Positions 29,809-39,429 of a stretch of 64,000 nt of DNA are shown here, one piece after another. The first letter of the stretch is position 1. Every line of letters starts with the position of its first letter. The stretch is from positions 67,666 to 131,665 of the forward strand of contig CAZWQF010000004.1 of assembly GCA_964636285.1 (NCBI GenBank), written 5' to 3'. Under the pieces are notes generated by a model, which did not search any database, was not told where the DNA came from, and saw only the letters and a program-made list of their open reading frames with translations. The position numbers and the translations under genes are program-made. Source of the stretch: an uncultured Candidatus Saccharibacteria bacterium (GTDB lineage Bacteria > Patescibacteriota > WWE3 > UBA101185 > 2-01-FULL-41-18).

Positions 29809-31371
29809 CTAAAGACCTGATGTGTGATAAATTTCTGGCACTCTCTGCTTAAAATCTATCGATTTATTATATATCCTAACATAATCCTTTGCACTTCTAG
29901 ACCACGAATAATCTTTTTGCATTGCGTTTACCTGAATCTGTCTCCAAACTTCCTTATGCCTGTAGGTCTCTACTGCTCGAACAAGCTGGCCATAAAAAGA
30001 AATTACGTTAAAGTCCTCGAATACAAAACCTGTTCCTGTTTTTGTCTCCGGGTCAAAGTCTTCAACCGTATCAGAAAGACCTCCAACTTTTCTTACAATT
30101 GGAATTGCACCGTACCTCATGGCTTCAAGCTGAACAATTCCGCAAGGCTCAAATCTTGAAGGGTACAAAATCATATCGCATCCCGAAAAAAGCATTCGTG
30201 GGAGAGTAAAGTTAGGCATTGTATGAACTCCTACGTTTTTTGGAAATGTTGCTTTGAGCTCTCGAGCCTTACCTGCAATACCTGTATCTCCTCCACCAAC
30301 TAATACAAACTGAACTCCAAATTCTCTGATAAGGTAACCTACCCCTTCGAGAACTAAATCTATGCCCTTTTGGAAATCAAGCCTACCTACAAACCCAAGC
30401 ATTGGAGTTGTCTCAGATACTTTCAGATCAAATTCTTTTTGAAGCGCAAGTTTGTTAGCAACTCTATTATCAAGAGTGCTAATGTCATAGTTCTTCTCTA
30501 TCAGTGGGTCACTTGATGGATTAAAGACTTCATAGTCTATTCCGTTTAACACACCATAAAGCTTTCCCCTAACTTCGGTTAAAAGCTTATCAAGCCCTTC
30601 GCCATATTGAGGCGTTAAAACTTCTCTAGAATAGGTTGGCGAAACAGTGACAAGCAAATCCGAATAGATAATTCCCCTCTTCATGAAGTTCTGCTTTGCA
30701 AGAGTGTCGCTAAAAAATGGTGCAATTGGAGACTTTCCATCATCAAAATCAAGCTCGCTTATGTTTCTTGGATCAAACATACCTTGATAGCTTAAATTGT
30801 GAATTGCAAGAATTGTAGAAATCTTTGAAAGCACGGGGTCGTGTGTGTATTCGGTTTTCAAATAATTTGGGAGGACTGCTGTGTGCCAGTCATTCACATG
30901 AATAACCTGAGGAATAAAGGTCTTTGTATCAGAGTCTAAAGCCTCATCTATGTGCTTCAAGAACTCAAGGGCACCTCTAGATAAAAGAACCCATCTTGTA
31001 GGATCATCGCTGTATCCATATACATTAGCTCTTTTCTCATAGTATTCCATGTTTTCCAAAAAATAGTTTGTAACACCATTTTTTAGCTTGTGCATTTTTA
31101 CATTACAGATAAGCTCTGGGGTTGAATGATCCCCTGTTGGAACTCTAAGCCCTTTAAGAACCATCTTTGTTTTAAATTTTTCCTCATCAAGAAATCCAAA
31201 TTTTGGAGTAAAAACTCGCACGTCATGACCAAGACTGACAAGTTCGGCTGAAAGAGACTCTATTACTCTTGAGAAACCGCCAACGGCAGCAAAAGGTGCA
31301 ACTTCAGCGGCCACTATCAATATTTTTAATGGGTTTGCTTCCTGATTTAATGGGGACTGTTTCAATACCAC
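29809..31371 (-). CDS. glgA: Glycogen synthase (GT5), second paralogue
   Basis: HVNDWHT, IHNLSYQG and PSRFEPCGIVQLEAMRYG. The GTG at 31371 lies 6 nt after TACAAT (leaderless). Confidence 0.9.
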   Translation of the reverse strand: MVLKQSPLNQEANPLKILIVAAEVAPFAAVGGFSRVIESLSAELVSLGHDVRVFTPKFGFLDEEKFKTKMVLKGLRVPTGDHSTPELICNVKMHKLKNGVTNYFLENMEYYEKRANVYGYSDDPTRWVLLSRGALEFLKHIDEALDSDTKTFIPQVIHVNDWHTAVLPNYLKTEYTHDPVLSKISTILAIHNLSYQGMFDPRNISELDFDDGKSPIAPFFSDTLAKQNFMKRGIIYSDLLVTVSPTYSREVLTPQYGEGLDKLLTEVRGKLYGVLNGIDYEVFNPSSDPLIEKNYDISTLDNRVANKLALQKEFDLKVSETTPMLGFVGRLDFQKGIDLVLEGVGYLIREFGVQFVLVGGGDTGIAGKARELKATFPKNVGVHTMPNFTLPRMLFSGCDMILYPSRFEPCGIVQLEAMRYGAIPIVRKVGGLSDTVEDFDPETKTGTGFVFEDFNVISFYGQLVRAVETYRHKEVWRQIQVNAMQKDYSWSRSAKDYVRIYNKSIDFKQRVPEIYHTSGL

Positions 31372-31400
31372 GTATAGATTGTAACTCAAAAACAAAAATA

Positions 31401-31430
31401 TTGACAATAAAGTACTAAGTGCATTAGAGT
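31401..31430 (+). promoter_or_regulatory. sigma70 promoter firing into an ORF-free interval
   Basis: TTGACA-18 nt-TAGAGT. Confidence 0.6.
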
Positions 31431-31436
31431 AAACAT

Positions 31437-32111
31437 AGTACGCTTTGAGAATCCGCTTTCATTAAGCGGTAAGGAGACAGCCATAGTACATGGAGTACTC
31501 ATTAGAAGCTCTTAGGCAGATACTCTTAAGATAAGATTTTTTTCACTGCCCTAGCCTGAAAGCCTCGTGATGATTATCGGCCCGGACTGCACCACGGTTC
31601 CAATTTTGGTGTGCTCCACATCCATGAGCTCGTTGAAACTTGAATAGCCTAAATCTGCAAATACTCAGAGGAAAAGCACTGTCCGATTTTTTAGTCAGTG
31701 TCCCCTCGCCCCAAATCCACGTCGCGTACCTTATCCTTCAGGCATAACTGGTATGATGACAAGTTTGGTCAAAGTATAGTCAGGAGAGGAGAGCTCTTTT
31801 GTAGCTGGATAGCTACTTAAAGCCCCCTAGCGGCACAGGTATATATTCATTCCCTAGAAAATTCTTTCATTTGGCAGTCAAATGTTGTTACTGTTAATTT
31901 GGTTGGTTTATCTTTTCACATCAAGTAAAGCATTTGGATTCGGCCCTATTTGGTATCCCAAGGCACGGTTAATTGTAAAAGCATGTATGCATTTGGTTTG
32001 ATTCGGTACATCCGGGTCCTAAGAGTCATGTTGAATCACAGTTTATGTAAGTTTCTACAACCAAAGTCAATTTTCCGTTTATGAGTGTGACCCCCGCGAG
32101 GGGGCTTTTTT
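31437..32111 (+). ncRNA. Candidate large structured ncRNA (about 670-nt transcript) with a 6S-like rod core at 31579-32018
   Basis: Bounded by a promoter and a terminator, with no ORF of 60 aa or more. Long-range pairing GGCCCGGA-TGCACC / GGTACA-TCCGGGTC and many internal hairpins. Confidence 0.6.
32091..32111 (+). terminator. Intrinsic terminator
   Basis: CCCCC-GCGA-GGGGG-C-TTTTTT. Confidence 0.85.
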
Positions 32112-32187
32112 CGTGCTTATTTTTGTATACATTTTGGAAAATTACTAGGTATGGAGCATTTAATGCGCAGATGAGGTACAGCAAAAA

Positions 32188-34050
32188 CTAGCTTTGAACC
32201 ATGTCAAGTTCGCCTGCCAACTCGTCCTCCCCACCATCAAGAAGATCTTTTCTAAGCCTCACAAGCGATACAACTTTAAGACCGTGCATTTCTTTTACAG
32301 TCTCAAAAATCACTTTATCGTCAGAGACAATAAGGCAAAGCTGAGCAGCATCTCTTTCACAAGGTTTAAGCTGAAGTGACTTTTCAAAAAATCCCCTGTG
32401 CTCGGGCTTTACATACGCATGAAGTATAGAGAAAGGTCGGATAGATTTATAAAGAGACATGCCAGCGTACATAGTGAAACAGTAAGGAATCATGGATGTG
32501 TTAGCAGACTTGTTAAGAGAGTGCGCAAGTTCTTTGAGACCTGACAAGCCACTTGTGTAGTAATTAAAAACACCATCACTTTTTTCAGGAGTTTTTATTT
32601 CCTGGGGCTTTTCAACTGGCTGAACTGGTTGTGCGGGTCTAATTTCAGAAACTCGTGCTGTTGCAGGCTGATACACCACTTCAGGTCTGGGCTCAGGTCT
32701 TACCTCCTGCTGAGGCGCTTGAGCTGGCTCTGGTCTTGGCTCAGGCTTATATTCAACCCTAGGCTCGGGCCTCTGAACTGGCGGAACCTGAGGTTGTTGA
32801 ACCTGCTGGGATGACTGAACCTGAGGTTGCTGAACAAACTGCGGAATCTGATTTGCCGAAACAGGTTGAGGTACAGGCTGTGGTTGCGCCTGCTGTGCAT
32901 ACCTTTGAGCCAAAGCCTCCCTATCCTGTTTAACTTTCATTTCCCATGTCATTTGATTTGTCATTGCGGGTTCCGTGTTTTGTGGACCCACTGGAGCTGT
33001 TGCCTGAGCCTGCTGCTGGGGGGTCTGACCAACCTGTGAAGCCTGGACGGGCTGACCTTGTTGACCCATCTCTGCCTTTGACTTCTCAAGTTCTGCCTTT
33101 GCAGCCTTAAACCTTGCTAACCAATCTACGGCAACTGGTTTTTCCTCTACAGGAGGCTGGGGTACAAAAGCAGGTTGCGGCTGTTGAACCACCTGCGGTT
33201 GTGTCTGAGGTTGATAAGGCATTTGCTGTGCTTGAGGCATCTGTGGCATAGGCTGAACCGTAGCCTGATACTGCGGGACGCGCTGGTAACCCTGTTGATC
33301 GTATGGATAAGCTCCAGAATTTGGCATTTGAGCGAATGGGGTGGGCTGACCAAAGTTCTGCGCAGGATTATGCATAGGGTTCTGCATAGAATTTTGACCC
33401 TGATCGTGCTTCAAAAAGTCCATAGGTTCATCCATATCCTGACCTCCCGTAGTCTGCTGAGCAAAAGGCGGAACCTGATGCGTAGGATTCATTGTTGGAG
33501 GCACCGCTGGAAACACTGGCTGAGAAACTCCCTGCCTGCTAAGTCTTGCTTTTTGAGCCTCTCTAAATTTGGCTAACCAATCAATAGGCTCTTCTGGTTG
33601 AGCATTCGGTTGAGGTACTTGCTGGGAAATTGGCTGGGAGCCTACTTGTGAGTAAGGACGTGCAACTGGCGAAGCAAAACCTTGATTCGTCTGACCAATA
33701 GGATTCAAGGGCTCTAGGTAATCCGATTCTTTGTAACTTGCGGCTTTACTTGCAATGTCACTTACTTTTGCTCCTGTCTGAGGTCTTACAAAATCTTCTT
33801 TTACCAATTCATGATCTGTCCTGCTGTCTACCTCAACTCTTAAATCTGTCTCAAAAGGCTTACTTCTATCTTGGGAATCCGGATATAAAAATTCTAAAAT
33901 GTTATTTTTTGAAAATCTGTGCCTTCCAGTTGCTGTTTTAATATCTGCTTTAAGGCTACCCTCTTCAAGGTATCTATAAACAGATCTTAGGCTTACCCCA
34001 AGTATATCGGCAACTTCAGTGCTTGAATAAAGTCTATCTTCAAGATTCAT
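32188..34050 (-). CDS. Excisionase-type HTH protein with a long Q/P-rich disordered linker and a C-terminal AbiEi-antitoxin-like domain
   Basis: LYSSTEVADILGVSLRSVYRYLEEG...GRHRFS, then several hundred Q/P-rich residues, then YCFTMYAG...LHAYV...GLKVVSLVRLRKDL. Confidence 0.75.
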   Translation of the reverse strand: MNLEDRLYSSTEVADILGVSLRSVYRYLEEGSLKADIKTATGRHRFSKNNILEFLYPDSQDRSKPFETDLRVEVDSRTDHELVKEDFVRPQTGAKVSDIASKAASYKESDYLEPLNPIGQTNQGFASPVARPYSQVGSQPISQQVPQPNAQPEEPIDWLAKFREAQKARLSRQGVSQPVFPAVPPTMNPTHQVPPFAQQTTGGQDMDEPMDFLKHDQGQNSMQNPMHNPAQNFGQPTPFAQMPNSGAYPYDQQGYQRVPQYQATVQPMPQMPQAQQMPYQPQTQPQVVQQPQPAFVPQPPVEEKPVAVDWLARFKAAKAELEKSKAEMGQQGQPVQASQVGQTPQQQAQATAPVGPQNTEPAMTNQMTWEMKVKQDREALAQRYAQQAQPQPVPQPVSANQIPQFVQQPQVQSSQQVQQPQVPPVQRPEPRVEYKPEPRPEPAQAPQQEVRPEPRPEVVYQPATARVSEIRPAQPVQPVEKPQEIKTPEKSDGVFNYYTSGLSGLKELAHSLNKSANTSMIPYCFTMYAGMSLYKSIRPFSILHAYVKPEHRGFFEKSLQLKPCERDAAQLCLIVSDDKVIFETVKEMHGLKVVSLVRLRKDLLDGGEDELAGELDMVQS

Positions 34051-34117
34051 AGTTCCCAATGTGACATAAGTTGAAAATGATGTCAATGCTATACAAGCAA
34101 AATGCTGCCACAGAGCC

Positions 34118-35125
34118 TTAATTAGACCTAAGCTGAAAGCTGTTCTTGTTCTTTATGCTGTCAAAATACACTAATATAGGAAAATAAGGGAAAGCTTTGA
34201 GAATTCGCTTAAATCTAGCCATACTAGGCTCCTGAAGAAGCCTAAAAATCCATTCAAGCCCAAGCTTCTGCACAAACACAGGGGCTCTTTTTTTTGAGCC
34301 TCGAATGAAGTCAAAAGTACCCCCAACACCCGCAATTACCTTAAAGGGCAAATCATTTTTGTGCTTTTGAATCCAAAACTCCTGCCTTTTGTGCCCTGTC
34401 CCTACAAACACAAAGTCTACAGTATTAAGCTGGTATTTAGCTAAATCAGAAAGGATTTTACTCTTAACAAGCTCAAAATCTACATCCTTCATTCGACCAA
34501 AGTTCTCAGAAACTGCCGTATCTTTTGAGCCTGAACTAGCCTGAAATGAGTCCAAACCCACTTCTTGCCTACAACTGACACTACCAACTAGCTTTGCATT
34601 AGGAAATTCCTTTTGTAGAGCCTTAAAAGCCTCGTTCGCACTCTCAATACCCGACTGATACCTTGTACCTATAAAATAGAAGGTTTTATCAGGGTAAGAA
34701 GAGATGAGGTCTTTAACCAGATTAGACCCTTGGTACCTTTCAAACTCGTAGTTTCTACCCTCCAAACTCAGTAAAGAAACTTCAGAGTGAAAACTATGAC
34801 AAACAACATTTAGAGCCTCAAATAAGCCTAGAATCGGCTTTAGCAACTCTACTTTGCAAGAGCTTATTTTTGACAAGTAAATGAGGGCAAGTTCTAGACC
34901 TTTTCCGTCAACCAAGGACAAATCCGCCTGATTTAGGGCCTCACAAAACAGTGGGTCAGACTGAGCATCCACAACAATTTCAGGATTAGGCGTAAAAACG
35001 GTATAACCACGAACGCTATCTCCAAGCTGACCAAGCATATCAAGAACTAATTTCTTTGTTAAAAGATCAACAGGAACTTTTAAGATTTTTACCCTATTTT
35101 CATGTAACTTCATACTATTTGTCAT
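34118..35125 (-). CDS. WecB/TagA/CpsF family glycosyltransferase
   Basis: FTPNPE, VDGKG, QEFWI, GVGGTFDF and RAPVFVQKLGLEWIFRL. Confidence 0.93.
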   Translation of the reverse strand: MTNSMKLHENRVKILKVPVDLLTKKLVLDMLGQLGDSVRGYTVFTPNPEIVVDAQSDPLFCEALNQADLSLVDGKGLELALIYLSKISSCKVELLKPILGLFEALNVVCHSFHSEVSLLSLEGRNYEFERYQGSNLVKDLISSYPDKTFYFIGTRYQSGIESANEAFKALQKEFPNAKLVGSVSCRQEVGLDSFQASSGSKDTAVSENFGRMKDVDFELVKSKILSDLAKYQLNTVDFVFVGTGHKRQEFWIQKHKNDLPFKVIAGVGGTFDFIRGSKKRAPVFVQKLGLEWIFRLLQEPSMARFKRILKAFPYFPILVYFDSIKNKNSFQLRSN

Positions 35126-35142
35126 ATATTTACATGTTATTG

Positions 35143-36147
35143 CTACTTCTTGGTGAGGCTTTTGTTGTACAGCTCAAGGTTATCAAGAGCTATTGCAATA
35201 CCTTTTACAACACACAAAAGTGGGCTATCAGCAACGTGCGCTGGTACAGATGTGGCCTGAGAAATAAAGGAGTCCAGATTCCTGAGCTGGCTAGTTCCCC
35301 CGCTAAGTACAAAACCCTTATCCAAAATATCAGACGACAACTCAGGGGGTGTCTGTTCCAAAACCGACCTAATTGCAGACACTATCTGAGACAAGGGGCT
35401 CTGAATTGCTTGGCTGATTTCAGTGGATGTAACAGTAATAGTTTTGGGTAAACCGGAGATAAAATCCCGCCCCCTAACCTCTAGTGTCTCTTCTTTAGCC
35501 AAAGGATAGGCACTTCCTATCGTTTTTTTCACGTCCTCAGCGGTCTTATCGCCTACCAGCAGTCCGTGCTTTCGCCTGATATGTTGGCTTATAGCCTCAT
35601 CTATCTTGTTTCCAGCCACCCTAATACTTCCGTAAGCCACCAAACCATATAGCGAGATAACGGCTATTTCGCTTGTCCCACCTCCAATATTTACAATCAT
35701 ATTGCCCGAAGGCTCTGAAATAGGAAGCCCCGTCCCAATCGCTGCAGCAAGAGGCTCAGGAATCAAATAGGCACTTTTTGCTCCAGCAGAATAAGCCGCA
35801 TCAAGCACAGCCCTAGCCTCAACTGAGGTAACCCCAGCAGGCACGGAAACCATCACATCAGGCCTAAAGAGCCTAGATCCCCCTATCGATTTGTTAATGA
35901 AATACCTAAGCATTGCCTCAGTTACGGCATAATCTGCAATAACACCATCCCTTAAAGGTCTACAGGCCGTAATGCCCTCAGGGGTTTTTCCAAGCATATC
36001 CCTAGCATCGTTACCCACGGCCACAACTCTCCCGTCGTCATCTGAAACAGCCACAACTGTAGGCTCATTCAGAACGATGCCCCTTCCAAGAACATACACC
36101 AAAGAGTTTGCGGTGCCTAAATCTATTGCAATTCGTTTTCCAAACAT
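35143..36147 (-). CDS. mreB: Rod shape-determining actin-like protein MreB/Mbl
   Basis: IDLGTAN, EPTVVA, RPLRDGVIAD, EPLAAAIG and LEQTPPELSSDI. Confidence 0.97.
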   Translation of the reverse strand: MFGKRIAIDLGTANSLVYVLGRGIVLNEPTVVAVSDDDGRVVAVGNDARDMLGKTPEGITACRPLRDGVIADYAVTEAMLRYFINKSIGGSRLFRPDVMVSVPAGVTSVEARAVLDAAYSAGAKSAYLIPEPLAAAIGTGLPISEPSGNMIVNIGGGTSEIAVISLYGLVAYGSIRVAGNKIDEAISQHIRRKHGLLVGDKTAEDVKKTIGSAYPLAKEETLEVRGRDFISGLPKTITVTSTEISQAIQSPLSQIVSAIRSVLEQTPPELSSDILDKGFVLSGGTSQLRNLDSFISQATSVPAHVADSPLLCVVKGIAIALDNLELYNKSLTKK

Positions 36148-36263
36148 TCGATACCTATTATAAATGGAATATTGAAAATTTACATGGTAGTATATATCCA
36201 GACCTCAGTAATTTTTATATAAAAGGAACAAGGAAAGTTTCAAAAACAACCTAATTAAAATAT

Positions 36264-37526
36264 ATGAGCAAAACATCCATTATTACTGCTGTTTCAGCCC
36301 TTGTGCTTGTGGGAGCAACTGTTGGAGTGTACATGTACACATCCGGCCTAAGAATAGACAAAAAAGGTGAGCTAAAATCCACAGGTATGGTTGCTGTAAA
36401 GTCAGTACCGAACGGAGCAAATGTTTATCTTAACGACGAACTTACCACAGCCACAGACGGTAGCGTTCAGGGTCTAAATCCCGGAAAATACAACCTTAAA
36501 GTGGTAAAAAACGGATTCACCACATGGGAAAAAGAAATCGAAGTTTTTGAACAACTTGTTACCGACATCACCGCAGTTCTAGTTTCTAAAACACCAAGGC
36601 TTGAACCTCTTACAAATACAGGAGCAAGAAATCCCGTAATCTCCCCTTCGTTAACCAAAATCGCCTATTTTACAAAAGATGGAGAAAATCCAGGAGTCTG
36701 GGTTTATCCACTTGGAGGCAATCTTCAGGTCAACCTTTTCAAAAACTCACCCGGAGTAGTTCTTGAAGACACAGCAAAAGCAATTTACTCAAACGGCGAG
36801 GCAATTGAATGGAGCCCAGATGAAAGAGAGATCCTTGTTACACTTAGTGATTCAAAATCAATGGGACTTTTTAGCAGGACAGCACTACCGGTTGCTAAAG
36901 AAGCTGGAGCAACTGCAACACCAACCCCTACCCCAACAATAAACCCATTAAAACCAGCTGTTCCTGATGTCAAAAAGTTCTTTATTGTGAAGCTTGATAA
37001 ACAAGTTGCAGAGTCTACATCAAGCGCAGAGCTCACAAGAGCTGGCTGGAAAAATGATGTTGCCCAAAAAAGAGAGCTCTTCCTCTCAAAACTTCAGCTA
37101 GAGGACCAAGTAACCAAACTTGCAAACGATCCCGGCTCAGTTTGGTCACCAGATGAAAAGAAATTCCTTTATAAAGAAGAATTTGGAGACGAGGTTGTAT
37201 ATAAAGTTTATAACCTTGAAAAACCACTTCCAGTAGGCGAAAAGACAAACTACACCGTATTCTCAGTCAAAAAGACGGAGATGCAACCAAAAATATACTG
37301 GTATTCAGATAGCTTTCACTTGATTTTGGTATCAGGAGATGTTGAGAAGGAGAAAAAAGGAACCATATACCTTGTCAGAATCGACGGAACAAACAAAGTT
37401 GAGCTATACAATAACACTTTGTACTCGGATATTGCCTACTCTACGCCAAGCGGAGACAAGATTGTAATCCTAGCTGGATTCAAGTCTGATGGTCAGCCAG
37501 ACCTATACGCAATTGGAATCAGGTAA
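36264..37526 (+). CDS. Membrane-anchored PEGA-domain protein with a TolB-like beta-propeller
   Basis: N-terminal TM helix, PEGA segment VKSVPNGANVYLN...GKYNLKVVKNGF, and repeated WSPD motifs. Confidence 0.8.
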   Translation: MSKTSIITAVSALVLVGATVGVYMYTSGLRIDKKGELKSTGMVAVKSVPNGANVYLNDELTTATDGSVQGLNPGKYNLKVVKNGFTTWEKEIEVFEQLVTDITAVLVSKTPRLEPLTNTGARNPVISPSLTKIAYFTKDGENPGVWVYPLGGNLQVNLFKNSPGVVLEDTAKAIYSNGEAIEWSPDEREILVTLSDSKSMGLFSRTALPVAKEAGATATPTPTPTINPLKPAVPDVKKFFIVKLDKQVAESTSSAELTRAGWKNDVAQKRELFLSKLQLEDQVTKLANDPGSVWSPDEKKFLYKEEFGDEVVYKVYNLEKPLPVGEKTNYTVFSVKKTEMQPKIYWYSDSFHLILVSGDVEKEKKGTIYLVRIDGTNKVELYNNTLYSDIAYSTPSGDKIVILAGFKSDGQPDLYAIGIR

Positions 37527-37588
37527 GCAAAAATACAATTCTAAATCAAAATTAAATTGTTAGCGTAATAGCAGCCGTACTTTGTTGA

Positions 37589-38260
37589 TTATTGTACTTT
37601 TATAAGTCTTGAGGTAACTACAAGCCTGTTAAATGTAGTTCCCGGAGGGTCACATGTCTGCAATGTTAATGTTGGCTCAAGAACGGTTCTAGTTAACGAA
37701 TAAGTATTCCACCCACTTACAACTTCTTTACCAAGAACTTCGTAAATATAATCCTTGTTCTGATAAAAAAGGTGGACTTGATCGCCTTTATCAAGCTTCC
37801 TTAATAAATTAAAAACAGCCGCGTATTTTGAGAACCTAAAAAACCCAAGTGACGAATGGGCAAAGATGTACACGTTTCCCTTTTCGCCTGGCAAAGCAGT
37901 TCCTACTGCGTGCGCAACACCGTTATCAAGTGACTTCATGTACTCATTTTCATCTGTCACAGAAACATTTTTAACAACTGGTGCGCTAACTCCAATCTTT
38001 TCAATCGCAATTGAAAAATCTGAATTAACAGGCTGAAGTGGCAAAGGACCGCTCTTTAAATACTGAGAAAACACACTTACATTGTCAGGTTTTTGAACGG
38101 TTTTTGCGGTGAGAGTGTAGGTCATTTTCCTAAGCTTCATGATCTGGTACCACACTTCCCCGCCAATGATTGGTAGGTAGGTATAACCCAAAATCACAAA
38201 CCCTCCAAGAATGAGGGCATTTGCAACGAGCCTAGCAACAAAGAGTTTTATTTTTCCCAT
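37589..38260 (-). CDS. Sortase
   Basis: N-terminal TM helix; GVAH...PGEKGNVYIFAHS, LTLQTC and NRLVV give the His/Cys/Arg triad. Confidence 0.92.
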   Translation of the reverse strand: MGKIKLFVARLVANALILGGFVILGYTYLPIIGGEVWYQIMKLRKMTYTLTAKTVQKPDNVSVFSQYLKSGPLPLQPVNSDFSIAIEKIGVSAPVVKNVSVTDENEYMKSLDNGVAHAVGTALPGEKGNVYIFAHSSLGFFRFSKYAAVFNLLRKLDKGDQVHLFYQNKDYIYEVLGKEVVSGWNTYSLTRTVLEPTLTLQTCDPPGTTFNRLVVTSRLIKVQ

Positions 38261-38266
38261 AAAGTT

Positions 38267-38342
38267 TGGTCGGAGTGTCCGGACTTGAACCGGAAACCTC
38301 TGCTTCCCGAAAGCAGCGCGCTACCAATTGCGCTACACCCCG
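38267..38342 (-). tRNA. tRNA-Pro(CGG)
   Basis: Minus strand CGGGGTGTAGCGCAATTGGTAGCGCGCTGCTTTCGGGAAGCAGAGGTTTCCGGTTCAAGTCCGGACACTCCGACCA: 76-nt cloverleaf, anticodon CGG, encoded CCA. Confidence 0.97.
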
Positions 38343-38345
38343 AAA

Positions 38346-39401
38346 TTACTTGCGGAATCTTCTTTCAAGTAGCTTAAATATTATCACTAGTGCTACTACA
38401 AGTGCCACTATACTTATTAAAAGCTGTAACGGCGTAGAACTTCCAAAGGTAAAAAAGCTTGCCTTTGTCTCCAAAAACTTGTCTCCAGCCTCCCCATACC
38501 TCAAAACAATTTTGGCATTATACATGCCAGGACTGACAAATGCCCTTAAAACAGTGAGCTTAATATCAAAAGCCCTGATTGTCTCTGGCAAAACAAGAAG
38601 TGACCCTTCGTTTAAAATGCCTTTTGCAACCAGCTCTCCAAACACGTCTCTAACTTCAACACTTCCATGAGGGGTAAGTTGAACATTCCCTGTATTCTTA
38701 AATCTCAAACTATAAGATTCTGGAAAAAGATAATCCCCCATTCGTTTAGGTGTAAAACTTGAGACCTCCCCTTGCTCCATTGCAGACTCAGTACCTCCAC
38801 TCACAAATACAAGCGTTGCAAGAATGCTCTTAACTGACACCGACCCACTTTTTTCACTCTCAAGCGGTATGATTTGCCCCAAGATGCTTGCGTAGTGACC
38901 ACCCTGACTCAGTCTATCCTTTTCAAAAAAAACTTTAACCTTGGCCGTCTCAAGAGGTCCAAGTGTGACCGATTCTCTATCAAACTTAATCCAAGACGCT
39001 AGAGAATACTTGTAGTTCTGAGAATCTTTTTTGTCCAAAAATTTAACCTTCCACCCGTCCTCCATTTCGGTAAAGTCAGATGCGGAAAATCTTATCTCAA
39101 TATTTGAGTTTGTGTTGTTCTCATAAAGAATTTCTGTGCTTGTTGATTTTGAAAGATCTAGTTTAATAATCGAAGGGGTAACGCTCACGCCTTTTTCTGC
39201 TATGGCTGGAGCCGACTTGGCGGACTTTGTAGACTCATCATCACTTAACTTTGTTTGAAGCAAAACTGGAACTTCATCCTCAGCATGCGCAGTAGGGAGC
39301 AACCCCAGAAGCAGAGATCCTGGAAGCGAAGCCCCCAGAAGTACCAAGCCAAGTGCAAGGGCAGCAAAATATGTAAGGGCAAGCGCATTTAGCTTCTTCA
39401 C
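38346..39401 (-). CDS. Exported Ig-like protein with a C-terminal TM anchor (DUF916/DUF3324, WxL-interacting-protein-like)
   Basis: Signal peptide, SLASWI, GGHYASI, FKNTGNVQLTPHG and a C-terminal TM helix with a basic tail. Confidence 0.65.
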   Translation of the reverse strand: MKKLNALALTYFAALALGLVLLGASLPGSLLLGLLPTAHAEDEVPVLLQTKLSDDESTKSAKSAPAIAEKGVSVTPSIIKLDLSKSTSTEILYENNTNSNIEIRFSASDFTEMEDGWKVKFLDKKDSQNYKYSLASWIKFDRESVTLGPLETAKVKVFFEKDRLSQGGHYASILGQIIPLESEKSGSVSVKSILATLVFVSGGTESAMEQGEVSSFTPKRMGDYLFPESYSLRFKNTGNVQLTPHGSVEVRDVFGELVAKGILNEGSLLVLPETIRAFDIKLTVLRAFVSPGMYNAKIVLRYGEAGDKFLETKASFFTFGSSTPLQLLISIVALVVALVIIFKLLERRFRK

Positions 39402-39429
39402 AAGTATCCTAAGCTATATTTAAGCTTCA

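Noticed and set aside
31437-32111. RNase P RNA, tmRNA or group I intron
   Set aside because: Only fragmentary look-alikes (GAGGAAAAG; AAAGUAUAGUC). There is no P4 partner, no tRNA-like ends and no matching P7 strand.
38267-38342. tRNA as an integration site for a prophage or island
   Set aside because: I found no duplicated tRNA 3' end and no integrase in the window.
38266-38670. 134-aa plus-strand ORF
   Set aside because: It is the antisense reading of tRNA-Pro and the adjacent gene.
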